A stretch of DNA of 64,000 nucleotides from Octopus bimaculoides (lineage: Eukaryota). Below, piece by piece: positions 50,667-64,000 of the stretch. The position numbers and the translations under genes are program-made. Position 1 is the stretch's first letter; every line of letters begins with the position of its first letter. The stretch lies in contig NC_068981.1 in the NCBI RefSeq assembly GCF_001194135.2, forward strand, positions 173,831,644-173,895,643, in the 5' to 3' direction. The notes under the pieces were generated by a model. The model ran no database searches, was not told the DNA's origin, and saw only the letters and a list, made by a program, of their open reading frames with translations.

Positions 50667-53618
50667 ACAATAGAACTGACAGAAGAGACGGTACGCTTGT
50701 AGGCCAGAGGCTGGAATACGTTCGTAAGTGATTAACTATCAGTTAGTTGAGTGACCTTTCTCTGTATGCGTAGCAGCAACACTGCCCCATATGTAGGAAC
50801 AGTAGGGGGCAAGGGGCTGAAATATATATATTTTAGAATATTTGTGAAGTATCTTATCGAAGGGCACAATATCCACATTAGCATTCAAAGTTATGATCAG
50901 TTTTTTTGCGTATTTATTTCCGTTAGTTACTTCTAGAGAGAGTGGGTAAGAGAAAGAAAATCAGTAGTTGACTGCCGTTTGGATATTAATGGAAGGTGGA
51001 AAAGTCAACAATTTATATCGACCCCTTACGTTACACCATCTTATTTAGAGCTCAATGTGTATCTCCTTCCCCCGATACTTTCATCAGCCATTTAGACATA
51101 TGTAGCTAAAGCTATACATTGCTGATGAAGTAAGAAAATACCCAACTACGTCTGGAGTTATCTCCCGTACTTACCTGAATAATGGCAATAGTTTTCTAAT
51201 ATTGTTTTATTAATCGTCGTGTATTTATTTCGAATTATCTTTTTGATACTTCCTGCAATAAATATGTCAGCACTAACTTAACTAGTATAACTGACGAATG
51301 TTTCGTTAGACTACACTGTGTTCAAATTCTCCCCTGCAATTGACAAGCCTTACTATCCAGAGTAGATGTTGCTCAATTGCTAGATTTTAGAAATGAAGGT
51401 AGACCTCACAACTACGCCAGTTTTGTAGAAAATTTAAATACAACATTAACAATAATTGGTACTACTTTGGCGTGTGATCTACAATTTCAAGTAACTTTAG
51501 GTTACTTTCCAATTTCTAAAAGATGTTGGCTAAAGATTTTTACAATGTTGAAAAAATATATTTACAATGTTAAGTATGTACCAAAGAATTTATTTAAAAA
51601 AATGTAGAAACTGAAAAGTAAACTAAAAAGTAACCTAAAGTATTCTCCCTTTAAATTGTAGTTCACACGCTCATATAGCACCAAACATTATTTCTCAATG
51701 GCAACATTTTTTGTTGATTACATGGTTTTCACCACGATGGGATAACTGCGGTTAGTGCAAGCCGATGTCGATAAGAAAAACATGGACAGGAAAAGATTTT
51801 CTTTATTAACCGTAAAGGTTGTACATAGATGGGACAAAACAAAGGACTTTGGACAGACATACACAAATCTTGCAAAACTTTGGACGATGCGTATGGGTTT
51901 AAAAATTTATAATTATATACTTTTAAAGTTAAAAATTAAAATGAAAATGATTAAAATGAATTAGATAAAAAAGTTCAGGGTTCAATTTATTGACCCGCCG
52001 GTTATTTTACTTTTTTTTTTCTTCCACTTTTTTCCCTCTTTATCTTTTTTCCCCATGGACAGGAAAAGAATTTCAGCAAGTTTATGTTTTAGGTAAAGAA
52101 GAATTAGTATTCATTGTCAATGTAAAGCCTAAGAACCAGGGCACAGAATTGGTTACGAGAGGAGAGATGGGTGTATCGAGAAGCTTGCGTCGTATTGGTA
52201 TGCAGATAACTAGCTCTAACGACCAGTATATATTTTACTACCGGTAGAAGATACGGAATAATGAAACAGCACATCTGTGGGATCGTGGTTGGAGTGTGTT
52301 GGTAAGTGGGTCCTTGCCAATCAGTCAAATGGTTTTCTTTTGGATCCATCGGAAAGCAATGGAGAAAATGGAAATACGAAAAAAGAGATTAATCTAAAAA
52401 GGACTCAAGACAAAATTTCTTTTATTGGTAATTAATGTAAGGGATATAGTATTACAAATATTAAATACCATTTGAATGGGTAGTACACTGGAGATAGCAA
52501 TAATCGCTAATAGATTTGTCCTAATGAACGGAATCGTTAAGCCCAATCTTGTTCACGTGCGATGGGCTTTTCTCAGTTCTGTCTACCAAATTCCACTCAC
52601 AAAACTAAAACATAGTAGAAAACGTTTACCCAATTGTACCACATAGTGGAATTGAACCTGGGACTATGAAATTACGAAGCGAACATCTTAACTATACAAA
52701 AGCACGACTTGTATGATGATAAAAAGAATTTCAAGTGAAACATTTTTCCTAATTATTAATCTGTAGTTCTGAATAAGGCGGCGAGCTAGCAGAATCGTTA
52801 CCGCGCCGGCCAAAATACTTGGCAGCATTTCGTCCGTCTTTACGTTTGAGTTTCCACCGAGATTGACTTTCCCTTTTATTCCTTAAGGTCGGTAAAATAA
52901 GTATCTGTTGGATACCGAGATCTATGTAACCTCCTTGCCTCTCCCCTAAAATTGTTAGCCTAGTGAAACCAATTCGTAGTTCTGAATTGCTTTCTAATAA
53001 GCATTTTGGTGTAAAATATCCTTTATAGCTTTTGTTAAACTTAGGCTTATCCGTATGAAATGGGTGCTGGGATAAATGGAATATTACATTACGGCATCTC
53101 GGAATTATATAACTGTTTGATAAACTTATAATAAATAATTTGCAATTTTAGACCAAGACCACACATTTGGGGAGAGAGTACAATTGTCTAAGCTGATTCC
53201 AGCATGATTTTTTTTTTGTTTCGATCCCGTTGGATCAGTGACACAAAACTGATGGGGGCGGGGTGTAAAAAATTGACATGTCTATTAAAATATTCTTTCA
53301 GAATCTTAATTTGTGTTGTATGAAACTAAAAATACCAAAATAAATAAAGGAAAAGCCCTACATCTTGAGTAGTTTTCTCCCTTTAAAACAATTTCCCAGC
53401 TATTCCAAAATCCCACCTCAGTAGGATTTGAATTCAGAATGCACCCGTCCAGGTGCGGAATATATACGTCACTGAAACCAGACCTCATAAGCATGGCTCG
53501 AAACATTTTATCATTGCGAGTAACTAAAAATTAACGAATCAACAATCGCCTAACTGAAAAGCTTCCTCCAATCAAAAGTGTTCTTTTACTGGCCTCTTGG
53601 TTAGTATTGAAAGGCATC

Positions 53619-53682
53619 ATGGCGGAGGGTTTACAGAAGCGGTTACAGAATGAAGTCGAAAAGTATCAAAGTGTTCAAAAAG
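53619..53682 (+). CDS. PFDN6: Prefoldin subunit 6 exon 1
   Basis: MAEGLQKRLQNEVEKYQSVQK, close to human MAELIQKKLQGEVEKYQQLQK; G|GTAATT donor. Confidence 0.97.
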
Positions 53683-56600
53683 GTAATTTATAACAAAAGA
53701 ATTTAAATTGTGACGATTTATCTGTGGCTACAGTTTGTTAAAAACTGTCATATTTGCTGTTGTAAGTATATGTACTGTCTTCCTCATGTGTATTCCAAAG
53801 GAGAAGGCAGTAAATATTTTATGTATGAACGATGTGTGGATTGTGTAAATGCATAAGGAAATGTTTTAATTATATGTGTAAATATATAAATAGATGTGAA
53901 TAGTGTAAATTTGCACACACAGTAAATGTATAGACAATATAAGCGTAGGTGGTGCTATTTCCGGATACTAGAGATGATTTTCATATTTCTTTATCGTGCT
54001 CCTTCCCTTTTAATGTGGTTACTGAAGATGTATTGAGTAAGGCTTCTTCCTGATGAGATCACTGTTAATTACAAACGATATGTGTAATTAAACGTCACCT
54101 ATACTGTTCAACAGAATTTTGAACAGGTATACATAGGCGACTAAGAATAATTTCTTTTCTTTTTTAATGTTAGTATAGTAAAATTGCACCTTATGTATAC
54201 ATTTATATCTCAGTATACATGATCTACTATCATTGGTATGTTCTAGGTAAAACACACAGGTGATTAAAAAAAAGCTTTCTGCACAACACTCCGGTTTATA
54301 TTTCGTTTTTGGATTTGGTTTGCAAGATTTTTTATGTGAGGTTTTATGGGACACTCAAGACTATTGATAAGGTTGCAAGACGCAACGAAAATTTTAGGAA
54401 AATAAGTGGAAATTTTACCGGTGAGTGTGTTAAATTTTAAGGCACAATTAGAAAATGACTCTCCCCAGACACAGCAGAATATACTTCGGTTTATGTAGTT
54501 GTTGAAATATAACTCTGAGGAACCTGTTCATTAAATGTTTGAAATCGTTTTCTTGCTCCTTGTACTTCTATGGGTCTTGTCAACCTAAACGTTGATCTTT
54601 CGAAGCTATTTTAGCATTAACAAAATTCTGAAAATGTACGGCATCGATAAGATTACCCAATCATCTATTCTTCAATATTAGATGAAAGTGGGAGACCTAA
54701 CCATTTTGTGAATAGCATTAAAAAAATTAATCCGTGAAAAACATCTTGTCACACCACATTATTTTGTACTTTTACAATTCTAATTATAAAAATGAAAACG
54801 TTGCTTTTACTATATCTCCAGTATTAAAAATAACTTATTTTACGTCTGTTTTTCTATGCTGGAATGAGTTCAGATAGCCTGCCCCCAGCACACCGTCTTT
54901 CGTGAGGTGCAACATCTTGAGATCGCCTTCCACTATTCCTTTACAAATTTCTTTGACATTTCAACTGTCATCTTTCCTATGTATCACAAGTACCTTCCAA
55001 CTCAATCTTCTATTTTACACACTGCAACTCATTGCTACGACGTTCATTTTTCTACTTAGCTCACCTGTGTATTGTCTTTCATACACACTGACAGGTGCTT
55101 ATTATCTTGATAGTATTCAATACATTCAAAATTATATTTTCAATAGTCAATAATAAAACCGACCTCACTCTATAAGAAGTGTTCTTTACATTTTTACTAT
55201 TACATTATAACAATTTCTAAGGATTACTATTTAGTGGTAGACAACTCCTGGTAAACTATCTAATTTCAAAAGAATTGGGTTTCTGTAAGATTTATCAGTT
55301 CCATAGGACTTGAGCTTAGTACTGATGGTTAATGAACCTGTATTGATTATAGGCTTCTTGCTGGCTACAGGTAGATAAAATAGAAGAATTAGAGTTAAAT
55401 TTTCAGGCCATGACCATTGTACAGTACTGGTGAAGAGACGCAACCACTGACTCTTTGGCTGGTGGTTTATCGCCCATTTGGTTCATCCCTCTCATACTTC
55501 AATATCAATCTATCTGCAAAGCACAGCTGTGGCTTATGATTGAGAAGTTTGCTTCAAAACCATGTGATCTCAGGTTCAGTCCCACTGCATGGCATATCAG
55601 GCGAGTGTTTTCTACTATAGTCCTAGTGTCCTAAACCATGTGAGTGGATTTGGTAGACTAAAATTGAAGAACCCTGTCATAAATACATACACGTATATAA
55701 TATATGTGTCTTTGTGTGTAAACTTGTCTTGACATCATGTAATGATTGTAAATGAACATCACTGTCATGCAAGCAATGTTCATTTCCAGTCTTCCACGAA
55801 ATATTACCTTGCTCGGAAACCGGAATGGGCTGGTGATAGGAAGAGCATCCAGCTTCAGCAAACCTGCCGCCACAAAGTTCCATCTGACTCATACAAGCAC
55901 AGAAAAGTGGATAATGAACAAGGATGGTAGTCAGTTCTTGATAATTTCAAAGTGATGCATTTGGAGGCCAATTTTACTGGCGTTAGGGATGAACAATTTT
56001 TCTGAATGTATGCATATAAGTTCTGTGTATCTGAAATACAACTGAATTTATGGGATTGGACATAATTTGGAGAAGCAAATTCTGTATAAACACATAAATG
56101 TGAAAATGTTTGTAATTAATGCTAGAGAGAACACATATGTCATTAGTCAATCTCCATCGTCTATTTAAATATTTTTAAAGTTACTACAATTGAGATAATT
56201 TACAGTATAAATATAGCTTCCCAACCAAAGATCATGAAACTTGTATCAGTAATTTTTTGGGGTTAATAATTTTCATCTACATGCCATAAACTACAGTGGT
56301 CTACAATTTTTTTCATACAATTATCAGTCTGTTATTTTATATTTATGTCATAAAGGCTTAATAATTTTAATTAGTGTTTCATTATAGTTCTGAGTTCTAC
56401 CCAGTTACATTTAACTATTAGTTTGCAATGCACTTATAATTCATTTGGACTGATATTACACTACAAATCCAAACATATTTGTTGTATAGACACATGCAAG
56501 ACATTATTTAGCCATCCACATACTTGATCAAGAATTCGTCACCTTTGGTATAGGAAACAGTGAATAGTACATTCACTGATGTTGCAAATAGCTGCCTAGC

Positions 56601-56685
56601 TGAATAAAAATGCTGTTTGACTTTATTCTTGTTAAAGTACATTTATATATGTTCCTATATCAGTTTCATGTGACATACTTTTCAG

Positions 56686-56756
56686 ATATCCAGAAGTATA
56701 TCATGGGAAAGCAGAAACTTGATGCTCAGCTCAATGAGAACACTTTAGTAAAAGAG
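56686..56756 (+). CDS. PFDN6: Prefoldin subunit 6 exon 2
   Basis: IQKYIMGKQKLDAQLNENTLVKE; CAG/GTAATA. Confidence 0.97.
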
Positions 56757-58246
56757 GTAATAACTTTTTCTACTTTTAATTACTATTATGATTTTGCTAA
56801 AAAAATTTTATCATCTGAGTTTTCTACTTACTTTTATGTATGAAGTATTTTTTTTTTTTTTGTCAGATCTATCTCTTAATTTTTTTCTATGTAATAATTT
56901 TTGGTTTTTTAAAGTTTTAGCTTGGCGTGTTATTTTACAGAATTCACAATCTTTTTCTGATCTCATTTTATTACAGTCTAGACACTATTATATCGTCATA
57001 ATTAAGAAGACACACAAGTACATTACATATGCTACCTTCAATAGTTGAAATTTCTTTACAGTTATAATAATAATTCTGTCTAATTTTAGCTCAAGGCCAG
57101 CAATTTTGAGAGGAGGTGGGGAAGTTAGTTGATTACATCATTGCTGGTGCTTGATTCGTACTTATTTTGTCAACTCTGAAAGGAAGAAAGGCAAAATTGA
57201 ACTCAGAAACCTTGTAAGCCAGAAGAAATATAACAGAGTATTATTTCTTATGCTTTAGCATTTCTGAAATTTGTTTATAAGATTAACTAATCACTTTGAT
57301 TAATGATGCTAGATAACTGAACTGCTCCATTCTAATCATAGTTCTTATACTGAAATTGAATGCATTCATGTCATACAAATTTTTATAGGTTGGAGCATTC
57401 AATTATTGATTCTTTTTTGATGTTAGTTTAACTACCCATTATTAAACTGGATAGAGGAATAACTGACATAGATTTCAAAAGCTGCATCACCAGCTATCTG
57501 ACTGAGGGCAGTGAACCTGAATAAGTATTAACACATGTTATAATGGAGTCTTTAAATCCTCACATAGAACAATGGCATGATGAAATACACCCAGAAAACT
57601 TTGTCAACTATTTGGTGGCATGAAGGGCATCCAGTTGTAGAAACCATGTCAAATTGGAATGTATGAGTGAAATGCAGACTCTACAAACCACATTGCAAGC
57701 GACACATCTTGGAAAGTAGAAACTTGGTATAAAAATTGAGATAGGTAGAGGAAATTCTTCAGTTCACCTTGCTTGGGACAACCAGTCCAGTACCAGTGGT
57801 GTGATGAAATGCATCTCAGACATAAACAAAACTGAAGTTGGCAGGTTTTTTTCTATTTTGTGTAAGATGGTGCAGGCTGTGATGACCCATCTAATCCATG
57901 CCAGCAAGGATAGACAGGTGTAAAATGTTGATCTGAAATTTGTTAACCCTTTCAGTGCCAGCTTATATGAAAGTATGAGGAGTTTAGCCCTTTAGCATTC
58001 AGAATTACTCTGGCAAATGCAATGCTCATGTATTCACATTGATTTGAATTAATCATGCATTATCTTGTAGCTTTCAGATTTCAATGATGTGATTGCTTAT
58101 TTTACAATGACATTGCTAGGTAGGTGTGAGAGGCCTGATTGAACATGAAACAGGTAGAAAATTTTAGGTTGGATATGGCCAGTTTAAATTTGATTGTTTG
58201 AGTTGATATAAATAGCATTTTTTTTTTGTTTTTTCCCCTCTTGTAG

Positions 58247-58371
58247 GAACTGGACATGCTTGAAAAGGAATCTTGTGTATACAAATTGATAGGTCCAGTT
58301 TTGGTAAAGCAAGATCTTGAGGAAGCTAAACAGAACGTCCAGAAACGTATTGATTATATCTCTAGTGAATT
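58247..58371 (+). CDS. PFDN6: Prefoldin subunit 6 exon 3
   Basis: ELDMLEKESCVYKLIGPVLVKQDLEEAKQNVQKRIDYISSE; TAG/GTAAGT. Confidence 0.98.
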
Positions 58372-59577
58372 GTAAGTAAGCTTTCCTTTTTATGTTGAAT
58401 ATCCTTTAAAATTATTGGGGTGCAGTTTTTGTAAATGAATTTTTTAAAAATTAAATTAGTTTTATTAAACTATTTTGTAATATGTGAGGTGCAAGTATGG
58501 CTGTCTGGTTAAGCACTTCACTTCCAATATGGTTTTGGGTTCAGTCCCACTGCATGGCACATTGGGCAAGTATCTTCTACTATAATCCCAGAATGACCAA
58601 AGTGTCGTGAGTGGATTTGGTTGATGGAAACTGAAAGAAGCCCATTTGTGTGCTACTTGCAAATGAGTATTACTGTCATACAAGTGGTATACTTTGTTTT
58701 CAATCTTCCATGATAACATGTCCTACCATGGGAAAATACCTTGGCAAGAGAAAAGGCTTCTAACTACAAAATTTGCCTCAACAAATTCTCTCCAACTCAT
58801 GCAACCTTGGAAAAGTGACAATGGTGATTGTGATGATGATGAATTTGTCAGCTCATGGCCAATAGGTCAGAAACTGCACTCGAACACTCTGCCATCACAC
58901 CTGAAGTTAATTTTCTAAAAATCGTTGGAATATACAAAAAAAATTAAACCAATAGTTCTTGTTGGGTATGTTTTATTCATTTTTCAACAAAACAGATTAT
59001 GTAGTGCTAATTAACGCTTTGTAAATAAAGAGAAAAAGTAAATTTGAAAAGTTACAAAATATAAAGACATATATGACAATGTATTATGTTATTAGTGTTT
59101 GGTATTATAAAAATATACACTTTCAACCAATCTATATAGCGTTTGCTGTGGTTTAATTGTTGGTTCATGTTTTATTTTTTAGACTGCACAATAATAAAGT
59201 TTAAGTTTGTCAACATTTAATATCCATTTTCCATGCTGGCATGGGTTGGACAGCTTGATGGGTACTGGCAAGGCCAGGGACCATACCAAGTTCCATAGTT
59301 TGTTTTGGCTTGGTTTCTATGGCTGGATGTCCTTCCTAACAGCAGCCACTTTACAATGTACTGGGTGCTTTTTACATTGCACCTTGGTTTTAGGATCTTA
59401 GTTCTGTTGTAGTGGGCAGGTTTTCTCCAGTAGAGCAATGCACCGCATATCTCAATCCTCTGTCATCTCCTTCATAGGGTTCAGTATTTTGAGGTCAGCC
59501 TTCAATACTTTGTCCCATGTCAATGTACTTTAAAATTGTTCTAGCTTATATATTTATTTGGATTTTTGTTTTTCAAG

Positions 59578-59698
59578 GAAACGCCATGAAAATACTATTA
59601 AAGACCTTGAAAAGAAACAGGAAACCCACCGTGAGAACCTCGGCAAATTACAACACCAATTCCAACAGGCTCAAGTGAAGGCTGCTGTCAGAGCTTAA
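59578..59698 (+). CDS. PFDN6: Prefoldin subunit 6 exon 4 (stop)
   Basis: KRHENTIKDLEKKQETHRENLGKLQHQFQQAQVKAAVRA-stop; total CDS 381 nt. Confidence 0.96.
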
Positions 59699-59761
59699 AC
59701 CTGTCACTATTTTTATTCTCCATTAAAAAAATTTTTTTTTTATTAATTTAAATAACATTCG

Positions 59762-59767
59762 AATAAA
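59762..59767 (+). terminator. Candidate polyadenylation signal of PFDN6
   Basis: AATAAA 64 nt after the stop codon. Confidence 0.6.
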
Positions 59768-61125
59768 GAAGAATGTAAATGACACTGAACATTTATTTGC
59801 GTGATATGAAGTTTGAACAGCTATCTCTGCTAGGTGTGCAGTTCTTTAGTTTAAAGAGCTGGATATCTAGCTTTGCTATGTATACTCTTCTATGGTTTAG
59901 AGAATTGGACAACTAGCTCTGCCAATTTATTATTCAGGCTATATAAACCGAATGCTTTACTCAACTAAGTGTACAGTATGTTAGGTTGGACAATGAAATT
60001 TGACTCTGCTAAGTGCCCAACTTTATGTACTGATTCTAACCATAGAAATACTTCTGCATTTTCATCCCCCATCTTAATGATTTTATGTCTCCTATTAATA
60101 TAGGAGGATGAATTGACTCACTATTCTTAGTGACAATTTTCATCTATTTTCACTGAGTTCTGCCTTTTATCTATCTTTCCAACATGGAACTCTGTGTCTA
60201 TTTGTATTAAATGATAGCTCATTAAAATGCTTTTACTATTTTCTCTCATGTATTCTTTAATCTGTTTTCAAACATTTTCTTGCCAAATATAAATAACTAA
60301 TCAACATTTCTACATATTGTAAAAGAAGCAACTTCCAGTGGATGGCTGCTATGGATTTTGTAATTTCTTTGTACTGTTAGCAGCCCATTATCCCTATTTG
60401 TCTTTATCTAGGTGTTAATTGAATATCATTTCTAAGTTGATTTTATTCAACCTGTTCCTTTTTGGTTCACTTCCCTTAGTTCTTCTGTCAGTTTATATTT
60501 TTGTAGATTTCTATGTTATCTCCTGTTAGCTAGTTTTCTAATCGCTCACTTTTTGTAATAGAAGCATTACAGTTCTTATGTATATAGGGGCTGGCAGCAT
60601 TTCATGTATTCCAGAGACATAAAAGTGCATTGTCAACTTGTGATACCTTTGGAAATAGAACATTGACTGAACAGTTCAATCTGTATTAGATTTTAAAATT
60701 TCAGCCTGTTATTGCATAACATCCACTCCAATAAATCAAATAAATTGTGGATTTTTAAAAACCTTCATTCTTGACTAACAAAAAAAAAATAATGTAAACA
60801 TACACCCATAGGTCCATGTAAAAAAGCACCCGTGTAATAACATGTGCCGGTTCATGTAAAAAGCACCCAGCACACCCTGTAAAGCGGTTGGCATTAAGGC
60901 CATCCAGCTGTAGAAGCCAAACCAAATCAGGCTGGAACCTGGTACAGCTTGACAGCTCTGGTCAAACTGCTCAACCCATGCCAGCATGGAAAACAGATGT
61001 TAAATGAGGTTTCAGATCATATATAATTAAACATATAAGAAAAGTGCTATCAAATATTGGCTCTAAAATATTAAATATTAGGTGATTTACTAAAGTTTTT
61101 ACCTAAAATAGAGCTGAATTTTTGT

Positions 61126-61160
<35 letters not shown>

Positions 61161-62014
61161 CCAGAAGTAGACATTTATTTTTATTTGCCTCATGTGTTAG
61201 TAAATCTGCAAAACAATCAAAATATATTTTTAATAACATTAATCCATCCAATTCAAAAACTTACATGATGGAAGCATAGCAAGTATTCCTATATAAATCA
61301 AAAAGGTTTTAGGTATTGCTGGATAATTAACCAATTATTTATATCTATTGTTCTAACTTTCCAATGATGAACTGGTAGACAGTATGATACCAGACTACAT
61401 ACCTTAGGGCATTTCATTTCTTTTTATTTTGACTTTAAATTTCACCAAGGTTGGTTTTACCTGTATGTGTGAGTCAGTAAAATACATGTCAGGTACGGGT
61501 TGAGGTTATTTTAATCAACTGGTTTTTTATAAGTTAGGAAGGGAGCAGCAGTGCCACTGACCTTTGGAATTCCTCCTGGGCTGCTTAGGTTAATGTAGTT
61601 GTTACCCTAGCTTGACCAGGAAAAATATGACTGTAGAAGGGCTAGGAGTCCAGTCCAAATGTTTGCAATAAAGTGAACTCTATCGAAGGCACACAGTGAC
61701 GTGATGGTATTAGGCCTATTCTGTCTTATTCTCTATTTTTTCAAAAGTTCCCCATATTAATGTGGAATGAGCACTCAAGAGATTGACAACAGGAAAGAGA
61801 ATTTCAGTAGGAACACATATCTCAGAATAAAGCCAAGGTTCAGCAGAGGGAGCCTTTAGGTAGGCCAAAAGCATATAAAAATAATAGGTTAGTAGAGAAC
61901 ATTTCATAACTAATTAGAAATAATTACATAGGGCAGAAAAAAAAATAGCAATCTTTGAGTAATAATATTTTCATTTGTTCTGAGCAATTATGGGAGACCA
62001 CCAGACATATTTTG

Positions 62015-62258
62015 GTTAGCTGCTAGAATAAGAATAGCCTGGGCAAAGTTTAGAGAGCTCTTACCCCTGCTGGCGACAAAGGGACTCTCACTCAGAGTAA
62101 AAGGCAGACTGTATGACGCATGTGTACGAACAGCCATGCTACATGGCAGTGAAACATGGGCTGTAACTGCTGAGGACATACGTAAGCTCGCAAGGAATGA
62201 AGCCAGTATGCTCCGTTGGATGTGTAATGTCAATGTGAATACCTGTCAGAGTGTAAGT
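62015..62258 (+). mobile_element. RTE LINE coding fragment
   Basis: IRIAWAKFRELLPLLATKGLSLRVKGRLYDACVRTAMLHGSETWAVTAEDIRKLARNEASMLRWMCNV; same family as 40696-41800. Confidence 0.85.
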
Positions 62259-64000
62259 ATCATCTTCATCGTTTAACGTCCGCTTTCCATGCTAGCATGG
62301 AAAGCGGACGTTAAACGATGATGATGATTTTGACTTCATTAGCAAAGTATAACCACTGACATGTATTANNNNNNNNNNNNNNNNNNNNNNNNNNNNNNNN
62401 NNNNNNNNNNNNNNNNNNNNNNNNNNNNNNNNNNNNNNNNNNNNNNNNNNNNNNNNNNNNNNNNNNNNNNNNNNNNNNNNNNNNNNNNNNNNNNNNNNNN
62501 NNNNNNNNNNNNNNNNNNNNNNNNNNNNNNNNNNNNNNNNNNNNNNNNNNNNNNNNNNNNNNNNNNNNNNNNNNNNNNNNNNNNNNNNNNNNNNNNNNNN
62601 NNNNNNNNNNNNNNNNNNNNNNNNNNNNNNNNNNNNNNNNNNNNNNNNNNNNNNNNNNNNNNNNNNNNNNNNNNNNNNNNNNNNNNNNNNNNNNNNNNNN
62701 NNNNNNNNNNNNNNNNNNNNNNNNNNNNNNNNNNNNNNNNNNNNNNNNNNNNNNNNNNNNNNNNNNNNNNNNNNNNNNNNNNNNNNNNNNNNNNNNNNNN
62801 NNNNNNNNNNNNNNNNNNNNNNNNNNNNNNNNNNNNNNNNNNNNNNNNNNNNNNNNNNNNNNNNNNNNNNNNNNNNNNNNNNNNNNNNNNNNNNNNNNNN
62901 NNNNNNNNNNNNNNNNNNNNNNNNNNNNNNNNNNNNNNNNNNNNNNNNNNNNNNNNNNNNNNNNNNNNNNNNNNNNNNNNNNNNNNNNNNNNNNNNNNNN
63001 NNNNNNNNNNNNNNNNNNNNNNNNNNNNNNNNNNNNNNNNNNNNNNNNNNNNNNNNNNNNNNNNNNNNNNNNNNNNNNNNNNNNNNNNNNNNNNNNNNNN
63101 NNNNNNNNNNNNNNNNNNNNNNNNNNNNNNNNNNNNNNNNNNNNNNNNNNNNNNNNNNNNNNNNNNNNNNNNNNNNNNNNNNNNNNNNNNNNNNNNNNNN
63201 NNNNNNNNNNNNNNNNNNNNNNNNNNNNNNNNNNNNNNNNNNNNNNNNNNNNNNNNNNNNNNNNNNNNNNNNNNNNNNNNNNNNNNNNNNNNNNNNNNNN
63301 NNNNNNNNNNNNNNNNNNNNNNNNNNNNNNNNNNNNNNNNNNNNNNNNNNNNNNNNNNNNNCACATAAAAGACACCATTTCGAGCGTGGCCGTTTTCGTG
63401 CGGGTGACACGTAAAAGCACCCACTACACTCTCTGAGTGGTTGGCGTTAGGAAGGGCATCCAGCTGTAGAAACACTGCCAAATTTAGATTGGAGCCTGGT
63501 GTTGCCATCCGGTTTCACCAGTCCTCAGTCAAATCGTCCAACCCATGCTAGCATGGAAAGCGGACGTTAAACGATGATGATGATTTTGACTTCATTAGCA
63601 AAGTATAACCACTGACATGTATTAAACTGTACATTTGTTGAAGAAAAACAGTTTACATGAAAACCTTGTTCATCTTTAGTTCTTAGTAGGCTGTATACTT
63701 TCATAAGCTATCAGCTGGTGAAAATGTAAATCTCCTCTTATAATAATAAAATCTATCTTCTTGCTGTATATTTCACTTTAGCTTGATCTCAGTTGTTTTT
63801 GTGAATTCAATTAATTTTTGTCTATTTTAGTTTAATAATTGTAACTGCTATTAAGGTTACACTGCATAAATGTGTATCCTTGTAGCAACATAAAGAAGTA
63901 ATTTGTCAGTTTTGTAATTTAATATGAGAAAAATTTTGATGTTAAAAGTTTTCTATATTGTAAAACGAAAACATGCATATAACTGGTTTGTCTTTTTAAA

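Larger units (their letters stand above)
49955..53618. promoter_or_regulatory. Divergent SURF1/PFDN6 upstream interval
   Basis: Lies between two oppositely oriented ATGs; CpG visibly more frequent than in the introns; TSSs cannot be located from sequence alone. Confidence 0.6.

Noticed and set aside
51078-51180. CTGATGA within a short inverted repeat
   Set aside because: No GAAA core or stem I pairing on either strand; not a hammerhead.
54045-54105. CTGATGA followed by a 9-bp hairpin and AAACGTC
   Set aside because: Lacks G12 and stem I complementarity; treated as chance.
54355-54427. Strong CCG|GTGAGT donor in PFDN6 intron 1
   Set aside because: No convincing acceptor upstream and an immediate stop in frame; unsupported without transcripts.
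62266-63624. Perfect 56-bp palindrome (62266-62321) and an identical 81-bp block on both sides of the gap (62288-62368 and 63544-63624)
   Set aside because: Centred on the self-complementary catgctagcatg in the repeat tail and adjacent to an N gap; best explained as an assembly mis-join.

Overview
AT-rich, intron- and repeat-rich animal genomic DNA, most likely a draft Octopus (coleoid cephalopod) assembly judged from its SINE/RTE repeat content; five N gaps. I traced three spliced genes by hand with consistent GT-AG boundaries and phases. (1) PRP4 kinase (PRPF4B), + strand, 12 coding exons 5060-30276; the 5' exons lie upstream of the window. (2) A complete SURF1, - strand, 9 exons 49954-32205, 298 aa. 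(3) A complete prefoldin subunit 6 (PFDN6), + strand, 4 exons 53619-59698, 126 aa. SURF1 is tail-to-tail with PRPF4B and head-to-head with PFDN6 across a CpG-retaining interval. Introns carry tRNA-derived SINEs, RTE LINE ends, a piggyBac-type MITE family, a mariner remnant and several foldbacks. The most unusual items are two foldback elements carrying paired hammerhead-ribozyme motifs, one around a Penelope GIY-YIG fragment and one around a tRNA-derived Pol III promoter, plus a candidate poison exon in PRPF4B. Most ORF-track entries are spurious or repeat-derived.
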